From: Pseudomonadota bacterium
GTDB lineage: Bacteria; Bdellovibrionota_C; UBA2361; OMII01
Assembly (NCBI GenBank): GCA_038134595.1
Contig: JAYPVM010000001.1
Coordinates: 230,299-294,298 of the forward strand
Direction: 5' to 3'
Length of the DNA stretch: 64,000 nt
Shown here piece after piece: positions 23,431-33,554 of the stretch (its first letter is position 1; every line of letters starts with the position of its first letter). The notes under the pieces were generated by a model, which made no database searches, was not told the origin of the DNA, and saw only the letters and a list, made by a program, of their open reading frames with translations. The translations under genes were made by a program, and so were the position numbers.

Positions 23431-24231
23431 TTAGATGCCCGCCCCGGTATAAAATGAGAGTCCGCGTTTCCACGTCAGCCGGGCAGTAAGGGCAACAACA
23501 CCTATCCATCCGAGGAGTATAGCTACAGCATGAATGATAGAGCGATCATATGTTCCCATGAAGATGTGGACAGGTACTGAGGTTAAAAACGGAAAGGGGG
23601 TGTATTGTAAGACGTTTTGAACTCCTGCTGGAAATAGCTCTAGAGGGATAAAAAACCCGGACAAAAACACGGCAAAAAGTTGAAAGATATAACGAAATAT
23701 CCAGGTCTCCTCTAACCAAAATGCGGCCAAACCAAAAGTGAATTCAAAGGCAAACCACAATGAACTTACCGTAAGAGAAAACGCTACACCTGTCAGAATA
23801 GCATCCCAAGAGCCAGGCTTGAGAAAGCCAGTCATCAAAAGGGTTGTAATTGCAACACTGGCGATAACTAATTGAATAATTTGAAAGCTAATGAACTCGC
23901 ACGCATGAAACTTCCAAAACGAGAAGGGATAGACTAAAAACGCAGTGATTCTCCCATAACGAATATCCTCTGAGAGATTCCAACTGCGATGCGAGCGAAT
24001 AAGAAGTGACGCTATGAATGCCCAGCATTGGTAGGAAAGCATCTTCTGTCGTGAGAAGCCAGCGATATTCTCCGAGCTTTGAAGCGAGTAAACGGCATCC
24101 CAGACATTATAATTAATAAGAATAAACACAAATGACGGAGCCAGTAGAGTAAGCAAGAAATCTGCCTTATAAGACATGTAGCGCGTGAGCGCTATCGTTA
24201 TCGTTATGAACCATTTTCGTAGCTCTTTCAT
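23431..24231 (-). CDS. ABC-2 type permease (DUF990 family)
   Basis: SEDIRYGRITAFLVYP, LSGFFIPLELFP..LQYTPF. Confidence 0.85.
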   Translation of the reverse strand: MKELRKWFITITIALTRYMSYKADFLLTLLAPSFVFILINYNVWDAVYSLQSSENIAGFSRQKMLSYQCWAFIASLLIRSHRSWNLSEDIRYGRITAFLVYPFSFWKFHACEFISFQIIQLVIASVAITTLLMTGFLKPGSWDAILTGVAFSLTVSSLWFAFEFTFGLAAFWLEETWIFRYIFQLFAVFLSGFFIPLELFPAGVQNVLQYTPFPFLTSVPVHIFMGTYDRSIIHAVAILLGWIGVVALTARLTWKRGLSFYTGAGI

Positions 24232-24240
24232 GAGTATCGA

Positions 24241-25245
24241 TTACTCCGGAAGTAAGTGCGGATCGTTGAGAAGCGTTTTTAGCACCCGCTCGATAGGTAG
24301 CTTTTCAGTGGCATAGTCTATTACTGGAAAGCGGGATAAAATATCGATAGATTTTTCTCTAAGACACTCTTCTTTAATCCGTAGCTCTACTGCGAGCCCT
24401 GACGAATCCCATTTTGCATTTAGATCTCTCCAGATAGGATCTGTTTGTAAAACAGGCTCAGCAAATGTAAGGGAAACAAACTTGTCTTTTCCCAGTATCT
24501 GCTCAAAGTCTCGAATCGATCCGTCGAATCTCTTTCGTCCACTGAGTACTAATACAATTCTTGGGCACAGCGCCTCAATATCTGCCATGTAATGGGACGT
24601 AAGAATAAATGTAGTTTTGTGTTCACGTTGATAGGTTTTGAAAAAATCTCGAATCTGTTTTTGTGCCACAACATCAAGGCCAATAGTTGGCTCATCTAAG
24701 AAACATAGTCGTGGTTCGTGAAGCAGGCACGCCATGAGCTCCATCTTCATACGCTCGCCAAGTGAAAGTTTGCGAACATGGGTATGAAAAAGATGTGTTA
24801 CTCCAAGTATCTCTCCCATAAATCCAAGCCTCTTTTGAAAAACATCTTTGGGAACCTCATAGTAGCTCTTGAGTAGCTCAAATGAGTCGAAGGCTGGAAT
24901 GTCCCACCAGAGTTGAGTCTTTTGTCCCATGACTAAGGCGATTTTTCGTCTGAAGTCTTTTGCTCTCTGAAAAGGCTTGTACCCCAAAACATTTGCCTCG
25001 CCAGATGTCGGTGCGACAATGCCTGCAAGCATTTTGATAAGTGTAGTCTTACCAGCGCCGTTTGGACCCAAGAGACCAACGATCTCACCCTGTGCTACCT
25101 GTAGATTAAAGTCAGAAATAGCATCGACCTGTGTGATATCGGGTTTAACAAATGTGCGGAGAGCCCCAATCAAGCCCGGCTGCTTTCGAGTTGATTTGTA
25201 TGCCTTGTGAAGCTGTAAGCATTGGATAGCAATAGGGTTATTCAT
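24241..25245 (-). CDS. ABC transporter ATP-binding protein
   Basis: Walker A GPNGAGKTT, signature LSLGERMK, Walker B FLDEPTIGLD. Confidence 0.95.
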   Translation of the reverse strand: MNNPIAIQCLQLHKAYKSTRKQPGLIGALRTFVKPDITQVDAISDFNLQVAQGEIVGLLGPNGAGKTTLIKMLAGIVAPTSGEANVLGYKPFQRAKDFRRKIALVMGQKTQLWWDIPAFDSFELLKSYYEVPKDVFQKRLGFMGEILGVTHLFHTHVRKLSLGERMKMELMACLLHEPRLCFLDEPTIGLDVVAQKQIRDFFKTYQREHKTTFILTSHYMADIEALCPRIVLVLSGRKRFDGSIRDFEQILGKDKFVSLTFAEPVLQTDPIWRDLNAKWDSSGLAVELRIKEECLREKSIDILSRFPVIDYATEKLPIERVLKTLLNDPHLLPE

Positions 25246-25480
25246 AATCGGCTAATTACCATGAAATTGCGCTTTCGTCATTACACGCGTGTGCTCGTAC
25301 TTGGGTAAGATCATGTTTTTTAAGAACTGAAAGCTGATACAATGTCTGCATAACAAGTAAACGTTGTTAACCTTAATTGATTGTAAAACTATCTGATCGA
25401 AAGAGGTCGACACGAAGGAGTTTGAGCACACGTGGTGGTAGCGCCATGGATTTGTGATTCTCGGGAGGTATAGAGATCGT

Positions 25481-26242
25481 ATGACTACCGCAGTTAAAAC
25501 AGCTAATAATGCAAGCACCGCCCAGAGCTCGGGGAGTTTAAGACCACCGCAGATGGTTGGGCCGCTTTGGCCTGAGGAGTTAAAGTCTATTGCCCGTGCC
25601 GTGAACCAACTAAAGCACCATTTTTCAGTGGCAAACCAATTCCTGAAACACATTAGAGGTTTGAGAACGTGCATGCTAGCGGAGCTAAAGGATGGTGTGA
25701 AGGTTTTCAAGGGTAGCCGAACACCCCCAAGTGATTCGGGAATCAACCTGATGGGGGACCCGAACAAATTAGAGCAAGCAATTTCAAAGAAAGTCTCAGA
25801 TAGAAAGCGACTTGTAGAAAATGTAATTGTTCCGGCATTGCACCCAATCAGGAATAAGTATCGGGGGCGAATTTTTTCTGTAACCGACAAGACACCCAAG
25901 GCGCTTCTGTACATCGCAGTGCCGACGGAGAAAGTCGGAAGAGTTGTGAGCTTTGATTCGTTAAAAAGCTCGGTTGCGAGTCGGTTTGCAAGGTGCGTTG
26001 CGAGATCTCCGCGTGGGGTCGACGATTCAGGTCGAATACGTTTGCTGCGTGATAACGGCAATAAAAAAGAGCTTCTTGAGTTCGCATATCATAGTCCGGG
26101 TAGAGTTAGTATCTACGTAAACGGCCATAAGGTCGGTAAGATGTGGACTGATGACGCATTTAAAACTGCAAAAGCATTTACAGATGGAAAGTCATTAAAG
26201 TTTAAGGAACGTAAAACGCCCCAAAGCTATACGATTTGCTAG
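25481..26242 (+). CDS. Hypothetical basic protein
   Basis: Long ORF filling the gap between flanking genes; no motif recognised. Start is uncertain (25454 or 25481). Confidence 0.6.
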   Translation: MTTAVKTANNASTAQSSGSLRPPQMVGPLWPEELKSIARAVNQLKHHFSVANQFLKHIRGLRTCMLAELKDGVKVFKGSRTPPSDSGINLMGDPNKLEQAISKKVSDRKRLVENVIVPALHPIRNKYRGRIFSVTDKTPKALLYIAVPTEKVGRVVSFDSLKSSVASRFARCVARSPRGVDDSGRIRLLRDNGNKKELLEFAYHSPGRVSIYVNGHKVGKMWTDDAFKTAKAFTDGKSLKFKERKTPQSYTIC

Positions 26243-26374
26243 GAGCGCCTCCTGTCAAACCTCAGTAGCACTTTTTCTCGGTGTATTTTCGAAGTATTCG
26301 CGCTATAACTCTCTCAAACAGAGCGTATCCTTGCCCTATATGCATGGTAGAGCGAAAGTATGGAAGCCTAGAAT

Positions 26375-27598
26375 ATGGCAACAGAGAGCGATAACGAACG
26401 AGAGATTGCTTTATTAGAATTTCTGAAATTTCTCCGGGGAGCGAAAGTAGTCGATGAGCTTCGGCCTTTTCTTCGCATCACGCCGAAGGGCATCTTTGTA
26501 GATAGCCGGTGTGCGAATTCTATCGCGGAGGTGTTTCAGGATTGGCGGCATCAGGTCACTAACGGTGCGGCGGATAAGGGTATCGAAAAGACGAGCCACT
26601 GGCTATTTCAATCGGCTACACCAGAGAAGTTTTATCTTGTAGAAGGGAAAAATGCCCTGATAGGATTTCTCATTCCGGTGCCAATTGCTGCCCCACAGGG
26701 ATATGGGATTTCGTATTATTTAGGCTCTCTACTACCTGCCTCAGGCTACCTCCACGAGGCAGATCCAGATATTACCGTTATACAAGGACTGACCGTTCGG
26801 CGTAAGAATACAGGACTTGAGTTTGATCTCTCACTTCGCGCAGGCCCGGTGATATTTTCAGAGAAGATTGTCCGAACTTTTAGTGAAATAGCACATTCCT
26901 CTCGCTTTCTGCAGCGTAAATATCCAGGCAGTGAATCAAACTTGGTAACGGCGCTTAAGGCTCTGGCAAGTATAATCCGACGTGCGCGCGCAGTGCCGAA
27001 AACAATTCCGATGGTGGTTCCTTATTCTATAAAGAAAGGCCGCTCTAAAGGTGTATTGCTTTCAGGTAAGTTTTTGTTTCTGCATGAAGATAAAACGATA
27101 ATCGATATTGTCGAGCTAAATGGCCGCCATTTAAGCACGTTTCTTAAGCAAGAGTTAAGCAGGGCTCCAAGGGAGAAACTTCATTCTTTTCGCCTAACGC
27201 CAAAACAAAGAGATACGTTGGGTTTCTTTAGTGTCGGTAGTGTTAGGACCTCTGTGCATGCAAGGGCATTCTCTGATTTTGTCGAGCTCATTCATCGAAG
27301 TCGAGAGCCTCGGGAGAAGTTTTCAGGGTGGTTTACTGCTCTTGAGTGTTTTGAGGTTTTTGCAACCAAGTTTCAAACTGCACAGCCGATTGAGAAGAAA
27401 AAAATCGTTATGACATTAAATCAGCTTCGGATTGAGGGCGCATCATTTAGGATAAGTGATGGATGGATCTTCGCCTTGTCTCGCGATAAATCGGTGCTTC
27501 GCGTGGGAGCACGACATATTCGGCAGAAGACTGGCAGTGTACGCAGACCTAATGACAAAAACAGATTAGATCAGCGTGGTAATACGAAAAATTCCTAA
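26375..27598 (+). CDS. Hypothetical protein
   Basis: 407-aa ORF with an ATG start; no motif recognised. Confidence 0.7.
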   Translation: MATESDNEREIALLEFLKFLRGAKVVDELRPFLRITPKGIFVDSRCANSIAEVFQDWRHQVTNGAADKGIEKTSHWLFQSATPEKFYLVEGKNALIGFLIPVPIAAPQGYGISYYLGSLLPASGYLHEADPDITVIQGLTVRRKNTGLEFDLSLRAGPVIFSEKIVRTFSEIAHSSRFLQRKYPGSESNLVTALKALASIIRRARAVPKTIPMVVPYSIKKGRSKGVLLSGKFLFLHEDKTIIDIVELNGRHLSTFLKQELSRAPREKLHSFRLTPKQRDTLGFFSVGSVRTSVHARAFSDFVELIHRSREPREKFSGWFTALECFEVFATKFQTAQPIEKKKIVMTLNQLRIEGASFRISDGWIFALSRDKSVLRVGARHIRQKTGSVRRPNDKNRLDQRGNTKNS

Positions 27599-27690
27599 TC
27601 AATAGGCCACGCTTTTCGCCAATATTCGCTAATAGGGAAATTTAGAGCCAGATACTAAATATCTTTGGTGTATAAGCCGTCACGACAAAG

Positions 27691-27915
27691 ATGGATAGTG
27701 TTTCTAGAATTGGTCTTCAAGGTATGCAGGAAGGCTTACGACAGGTTGAGCAATCAGCTCAAGCCATAGCCGAGAGTTTTACCCCTGAGAGTGGTGAAGG
27801 TCCTGCCGCAGCAATCCTTGATATGCAGTCTGGATCGAGACAGGTACAAGCCTCTGCTACAGTAGTTCAGACGGGAGCAGAGTTGCAAAAGTACATCTTA
27901 GATGTCATGGCTTGA
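27691..27915 (+). CDS. Small flagellar rod/hook terminal-helix-like protein (Flg_bbr_C/DUF1078-like)
   Basis: IGLQGMQ..SAQAIA and QVQASATVVQTGAELQKYILDVMA mimic the N- and C-terminal D0 helices of rod/hook proteins. Confidence 0.7.
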   Translation: MDSVSRIGLQGMQEGLRQVEQSAQAIAESFTPESGEGPAAAILDMQSGSRQVQASATVVQTGAELQKYILDVMA

Positions 27916-28752
27916 GTTTTTTCTAGTGAATCGAGCTCGTAGTGAGGTAGGGAAGTGCTCTGTTGGGGCTATCTCAAGGTCAACCTGAAAGCCAGATTGT
28001 CGTGCGATATCTACTATGGCGCTCACCTCGGGGCTGTTGAATGTAAGGGCCGTGTCCCCGTACTGAAGTGGATAGATCAAGAGAGTATCATCAGTCACAC
28101 GGAGTAATTCCGGTAGTACATACGTGGTAAAATCTTCTTTCACGCAGTACTGTGGAACGGAGTGATGAGCGATGACTGTAGAGAAGTGGCGATCGCTAGC
28201 TCGGCTCTTTTCTGAAGTATTGTTGTCTCGGGGCAGAGTAATCTCGTGGGCGGCACATTCAGAGAAGTTTTGTTGCACAAGGTGCATGATAAGGGCAACA
28301 GTGGTATCCCAGTTGTCCGATGTTATCTCCATCCTGTTGTCTGAATTCAGGTCTTCACCGATTGAAATCGAATACTCTCCGTTGGTAAAGATATTACGTT
28401 TGCTATGAAGTCTGCTCTCTATTTGTGGAAGTATTCGCTCGGCATTCTTCTCAAAGTATAGGTCAGTTGCGATAATGTGGACGCCGTTTGGTATTCCTTC
28501 AGCGCTGAGTGTGGAGAGACTGGCACCTACGTCTAAAACAGGCTTTCCGCGCTTCTCCATGCGACTACGGAGCTGGTCGAAGTTTGTATTTAGTGCTGAA
28601 AGTACTTGCTTAGCGCTGCTTGCACCCATTGCATGCACCGGTTTAGGTACATAGATATCCCTGTTCTTGGGGGCGCAGAGTTTCTTTATTACGTCCTCTG
28701 ATGCACCTCCAAAAGCTTGCAGACGCCATAAATCCTGTTGCCGCTGGTCCAT
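27898..28752 (-). CDS. Hypothetical protein with class I SAM-methyltransferase-like motifs
   Basis: VLDVGASLS (motif I), IIATDL, FSTVIAHHSV, ELLRVT; GGAG RBS. Confidence 0.6.
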   Translation of the reverse strand: MDQRQQDLWRLQAFGGASEDVIKKLCAPKNRDIYVPKPVHAMGASSAKQVLSALNTNFDQLRSRMEKRGKPVLDVGASLSTLSAEGIPNGVHIIATDLYFEKNAERILPQIESRLHSKRNIFTNGEYSISIGEDLNSDNRMEITSDNWDTTVALIMHLVQQNFSECAAHEITLPRDNNTSEKSRASDRHFSTVIAHHSVPQYCVKEDFTTYVLPELLRVTDDTLLIYPLQYGDTALTFNSPEVSAIVDIARQSGFQVDLEIAPTEHFPTSLRARFTRKNSSHDI

Positions 28753-28935
28753 TTAGGTCTCCTTGTGCTCTATACAGTGCTATGAAGTGTTGGCAGTGGA
28801 ACGTATAGTATCAGAGAAAGAATTGTTCGGATTATAACGATATGGTCTTAATCTATTCGCTCTAATTCTTGACTTGTTAAGCCCCAGTTTCTACCATCTA
28901 GCATTTCCCGGTAGCTGTAAGGTGCTATAGATTTT

Positions 28936-29799
28936 ATGAAAAATAGGCTGTCTCACTATATTGCGCTCAGCAAGCCTAGGATCCTTGTGATGGTGGTTTT
29001 GATGACCGCCGCAGGGTTTTTTCTCGGTGCTAAGGCACTTGATCCACTCGATGTATTTTTTTGGACACTATTAGGCACAGCGTTTAGCTCCGCGGGTTCA
29101 GCAGCTCTTAACAATTATCTAGAGCGAGATGTTGATGCAAGAATGAGTCGGACCACAACACGGGCGCTTCCAGCAGGGCTCATATCGCCCAATGAGGCGC
29201 TTTTTTTTGGAGTCTTTACCGTTGTGCTTGGTGTAACAATATTGGCGTGGCAGGTGAACTTGCTCGCAGGGTTTTTATCTTTATTGACCGCATTTTTGTA
29301 TGTTTTGGTGTATACGCCGTTAAAGAGAATTACGTGGTGGAATACTGTTGTAGGTGCGATACCGGGAGCGCTTCCTCCGATGGGGGGCTGGGCGGCGGCA
29401 ACCAATGATCTTACCATCGGTGCATGGATTGTGTTTTTAATCTTGTTTGTGTGGCAGCACCCCCACTTTTATGCCATCGCATGGATGTATCGAGATGATT
29501 ACGAGCAGGGTGGGTTTAAGATGCTTCCCGTTGTGTATCCAGATGGCAAACGGACGTTTCGTCAGATAGTTGGTTTTTCGCTCGTGCTTATTCCGGTCTC
29601 ACTGCTACCATATTACTATGGGATTGCAGGTAGTGTGTATGCAGTCGGTATGACACTTCTAGGTGTTGGTATGCTGGCAGTTGGTATAAAAGCGTGGCGT
29701 ACCCACTCAAACGAGGACGCAAGAGCCCTATTGCAGGCATCTATAGTGTATTTGCCGCTGTTTTTTGCACTTATTCTTTGCGACAGTAATTTGTACTAG
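28936..29799 (+). CDS. cyoE: Protoheme IX farnesyltransferase (heme O synthase)
   Basis: LSKPRI, NNYLERDVDARMSRTTTRALP, YTPLKR, GAIPGALPP, WQHPHF. Confidence 0.97.
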   Translation: MKNRLSHYIALSKPRILVMVVLMTAAGFFLGAKALDPLDVFFWTLLGTAFSSAGSAALNNYLERDVDARMSRTTTRALPAGLISPNEALFFGVFTVVLGVTILAWQVNLLAGFLSLLTAFLYVLVYTPLKRITWWNTVVGAIPGALPPMGGWAAATNDLTIGAWIVFLILFVWQHPHFYAIAWMYRDDYEQGGFKMLPVVYPDGKRTFRQIVGFSLVLIPVSLLPYYYGIAGSVYAVGMTLLGVGMLAVGIKAWRTHSNEDARALLQASIVYLPLFFALILCDSNLY

Positions 29800-29806
29800 G
29801 AAGTAG

Positions 29807-30841
29807 CTAGCTTGGAGTAGCTACTTCAGCCTTTAGAGGCCTTGTCATTAGTTGATGTGCCGCTTCTTGTGGCTTTAAGGCCCCCGACAATACCTGGACA
29901 ACTACGTCAACTATGGGAGCTTCAACCGACATTTTTTTAGCAAGCGTTGCTACGAGCGGAGCGCTGTAAACTCCTTCGGCTGTTGCCCCCAGACAAGCGA
30001 TGGTTTCTGAGAGGGTTTTTCCCTCACCTAGAAGAAGCCCCACGGAGCGGTTTCTACTCTGGTTGTCTGTTGAGGTCATAACGAGATCTCCTAGGCCAGA
30101 GAGCCCGGTAAGTGTTTGCGGATTGGCGCCCCAAGTAGTCGCAATGCGAGTCATTTCCGCAAGCCCTCGGGTTACGAGTGCCGCACGCGTTGAGGGGCCA
30201 TACCCCAGCGCGTCACATATTCCCACAGCGATAGCGATAATGTTTTTGAGTATGCCCCCGAGCTCCACCCCGAGTGTGTCGATGGAGGAATATATTCGCA
30301 CCGTGTTGCTCGATAGTGTGCGGGCAACTGAGTCTCCGGCGCTTGCAGAATTGGAAGCGCACACCATAGATAGTGGCGTACCGTTAAAAAGGTCGCTTGC
30401 AAAGCTGGGGCCTGATAAGACACACAACCTATCTGCAGATATGCCTACCTCCTCGGCAGTAAACGTAAGAGGAGTTTTTTGAGACTCTTTGTCGAGACCC
30501 TTCGTTGCGCTAACAATAAGCGAAGCGCTCTTTAATTTAGGAACCACCTCTCGCCAGGCGCTAGCTGGGAGTGCCACGATTGTTAGATCGCACGAAGCGC
30601 AATCTGATACGTTCGGTGTTAAAGAAAGTGACGCAGGAAGCTTCTCTCGGATGTTCTTTCCGATAGATAATGTCCCGCTCGCTGTGATTTCATCGCTATG
30701 CGCCCCAGGCCGATGCCAGGCTACAACGCTATGTCCGATTCGGGCGCAGTATAAAGCTAGGCTAGAGCCCCACGCTCCGAGACCAACTACCCCTATACGA
30801 GCCGGAGCATGAGGCCTAGCCTGTTTGTCAGACGGAGACAT
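29807..30841 (-). CDS. gpsA: NAD(P)H-dependent glycerol-3-phosphate dehydrogenase
   Basis: GLGAWG, SATKG, LSGPSFA, GGILKNIIAIA, GLGDL, SRNR. Start taken at ATG 30841. Confidence 0.96.
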   Translation of the reverse strand: MSPSDKQARPHAPARIGVVGLGAWGSSLALYCARIGHSVVAWHRPGAHSDEITASGTLSIGKNIREKLPASLSLTPNVSDCASCDLTIVALPASAWREVVPKLKSASLIVSATKGLDKESQKTPLTFTAEEVGISADRLCVLSGPSFASDLFNGTPLSMVCASNSASAGDSVARTLSSNTVRIYSSIDTLGVELGGILKNIIAIAVGICDALGYGPSTRAALVTRGLAEMTRIATTWGANPQTLTGLSGLGDLVMTSTDNQSRNRSVGLLLGEGKTLSETIACLGATAEGVYSAPLVATLAKKMSVEAPIVDVVVQVLSGALKPQEAAHQLMTRPLKAEVATPS

Positions 30842-30848
30842 TGATCTC

Positions 30849-33374
30849 TTACTCTGCGTCAACTGGGGTGGAAGTCTCTTCTACTTCCGGAGCCCCTTCG
30901 CCGTCGGTTTCGTTTGTATCAAGAGGAGCTGGAGCTACAGCAACAACCTTCTCCCCTTCGACTAGGTTTATTAATCGCACTCCACGGGTGTTGCGACCAA
31001 TAATGGAGATATCTTTGGCGCTCGTTCGGATAATCTTACCACTTGATGTAATAAGCATTAGCCCACTCTGACTTGTAACCGCGAGTGCCTCGATCACAGG
31101 GCCGTTTCTGCCCTCTGTTTGGATATCGATAAGCCCCTTTCCAGCCCGGTTTTGAGCGCGGTACTCAGAGATGAGGGTTCTTTTTCCGTATCCATTCTCG
31201 CAGATAGTAAGGAGTGTTAATTCTTCTGCATCCTCTTCCTGCTGTTGCTTGTCTTGTGCTAGGACCGTCATGCTTACCAAGTTGTCGTCACCTTCAAACT
31301 TGATGCCAGTAACGCCCTTAGCAGTTCTGCCCATATTACGAACCTTATCCTCTTGGAACCTAATCGCCATTCCATCTCGAGTGGCAAGGATAATGTCGTC
31401 GGCACCGCTGGTGATGGCAGCACCTATGAGGGTGTCTCCCTCTTCGAGGGTGCATGCCATGATGCCGTTTCTTCGAGAGCGAGAGAAATCTTTTAGGCTC
31501 GTCTTCTTGATGATTCCTCCACGTGTGGCTAATGCAACGAAGCTTCCTTCGGTCCACTCACGAACCGGGAGTATAGCGCACGGCTTTTCGTCCTCTTTCA
31601 TCTCAAGGAGATTAACGAGGGCACGCCCTCTCGAGGTTCGTCCTGATTCCGGGACCTGATAGACCTTCATCCAGTACACCCGCCCAAGTGTCGTAAACAC
31701 CAGCACATCAGCAAGGGTTGAGCAGACAAAGAGATTCTCTATGAAATCTTCGTCGTCAGACGATGCGCCGATTACACCTTTGCCGCCTCGGCGTTGTTCC
31801 CTGTACTCGTTAACAGACGTTCTTTTTACGTAGCCCTTGTGACTGATGGTAACAACCATCTCCTCGTCTTCGATGAGATCTATGAGATCAATCTCTCCTC
31901 CATCGTCAAGAATCTCTGTGCGTCTGGCGTCTCCGAACTTTTCGCGTACCTCTGTTAGCTCAGCGGTGATAATTGCATCAACCTTCTCCGCATCTGCGAG
32001 GATAGCCAAGAGCTCTTCGATTCTCTTAGCGAGTTCTTCGTGCTCCTTCTCGATAGCAAGTCGCTCCATGCCGGTGAGTTTTTGAAGCCTCAGATCGAGA
32101 ATCGCCTGCGCCTGTGTTGAAGAGAGGCTGTAGCGGGTTATTAACTCATCTTTTGCTTCTCGCGGAGTGCTTGCGGCTCTGATGAGGGCGATAACTTCAT
32201 CGAGATTTAGGAGCGCAATCTTAAAGCCCTCCAAGAGGTGCATCCGCTCTTTAGCCTTCTTTAACTGAAACTCCGTACGTCTTGTTACGACATCTCTTCG
32301 GTGATTGATGAAGTGTTGTAGTAACTCGATGAGCGAGCAAACCATCGGCTTGCCATCAACGATTGCAAGATTAACGATACCAAAGCTTGATTGCATTGGG
32401 GTCATCTTGTAGAGCTGATTGAGTACGATCTCAGGAGTTGCATCTCGCTTGAGTTCTATAACGATACGCATTCCGGTTCTGTCACTCTCGTCTCGAAGCT
32501 TTGAGATGCCCTCAATCTGCTTGTCGTTGACCAGAGATGCTATCTTCTCAATTAGTCTTGATTTGTTTAGCTGATATGGGATCTCAGTAACGACGATGAC
32601 ATCAACTTCCCGAGATTTATTCTTAATCTTTTCAAAGTGAGTCTTCGCGCGAACCTGAATAATGCCTCTTCCGTTTGAGTATGCACTAATTATCGGCTGA
32701 CGACCGTAGATTGCTCCACCCGTTGGGAAATCTGGGCCGGGAATGATATTAAGCATCTCTTGAAGGGTGATGTTTGGATTCTCAATCAGAGCCAATGCGC
32801 CACTTACAACCTCTGTGAGATTGTGCGGAGGAATATGTGTGGCCATACCAACGGCGATTCCATTAGCGCCGTTTATGAGAAGATTTGGAGCGACAGAGGG
32901 CAATACCACAGGCTCTTGTGTCGAATCGTCGAAGTTGGGAATGAAATCTACTGTCTCTTGTTCGATGTCTTCTAAGAGGCGCTCAGCGAGCGCTGTCATT
33001 CGACATTCGGTGTAACGATACGCGGCCGGAGGATCACCGTCGATCGAACCGAAGTTTCCTTGACCGTCGATTAACGTATACCGAAGGTTCCACGGTTGCG
33101 CCAATCGCACCAAGGCTTCATACACTGGCATATCACCGTGAGGATGGTAGCGCTTTAACACTTCGCCCACGACACCCGCACACTTGGAGTGCTTGCGATT
33201 TGAGGCGAGGCCTTCGTTTAACATCGCGTATAATACACGACGTTGAACGGGCTTTAGACCGTCTCGAACGTCGGGTAGCGCGCGGCCTACAATTACGCTC
33301 ATTGCGTAATCTAGGTACGATTGACGCATTTCTGATTCGATGGTGATGGGATTAACAGTGCCTTGATTTTCCAT
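30849..33374 (-). CDS. gyrA: DNA gyrase subunit A
   Basis: SYLDYAMSVIVGRALPDVRDGLKPV, HPHGD, catalytic AAYRYTE, GyrA-box QRRGGKG, beta-pinwheel CTD. Confidence 0.98.
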   Translation of the reverse strand: MENQGTVNPITIESEMRQSYLDYAMSVIVGRALPDVRDGLKPVQRRVLYAMLNEGLASNRKHSKCAGVVGEVLKRYHPHGDMPVYEALVRLAQPWNLRYTLIDGQGNFGSIDGDPPAAYRYTECRMTALAERLLEDIEQETVDFIPNFDDSTQEPVVLPSVAPNLLINGANGIAVGMATHIPPHNLTEVVSGALALIENPNITLQEMLNIIPGPDFPTGGAIYGRQPIISAYSNGRGIIQVRAKTHFEKIKNKSREVDVIVVTEIPYQLNKSRLIEKIASLVNDKQIEGISKLRDESDRTGMRIVIELKRDATPEIVLNQLYKMTPMQSSFGIVNLAIVDGKPMVCSLIELLQHFINHRRDVVTRRTEFQLKKAKERMHLLEGFKIALLNLDEVIALIRAASTPREAKDELITRYSLSSTQAQAILDLRLQKLTGMERLAIEKEHEELAKRIEELLAILADAEKVDAIITAELTEVREKFGDARRTEILDDGGEIDLIDLIEDEEMVVTISHKGYVKRTSVNEYREQRRGGKGVIGASSDDEDFIENLFVCSTLADVLVFTTLGRVYWMKVYQVPESGRTSRGRALVNLLEMKEDEKPCAILPVREWTEGSFVALATRGGIIKKTSLKDFSRSRRNGIMACTLEEGDTLIGAAITSGADDIILATRDGMAIRFQEDKVRNMGRTAKGVTGIKFEGDDNLVSMTVLAQDKQQQEEDAEELTLLTICENGYGKRTLISEYRAQNRAGKGLIDIQTEGRNGPVIEALAVTSQSGLMLITSSGKIIRTSAKDISIIGRNTRGVRLINLVEGEKVVAVAPAPLDTNETDGEGAPEVEETSTPVDAE

Positions 33375-33554
33375 CCCCCAAGAGTATTGCAATAGTGCCT
33401 TAAGTTCAAGATCTTATCGCTCTGTAAGGCTCCAAAATGACAGTTATTTTTGGTATTTTTTGAGTCCTCTGAAGGGCTTTGAATAAGCCTTCATACCTGC
33501 TATACCAAGGAGGTATTCTTGTCTTTTAGAAAAACACCAAATGGGAGACTCCAA

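Noticed and set aside
25252..26061. 269-aa minus-strand ORF
   Set aside because: Probably the antisense shadow of the plus-strand ORF 25481-26242, although neither has a recognised motif.
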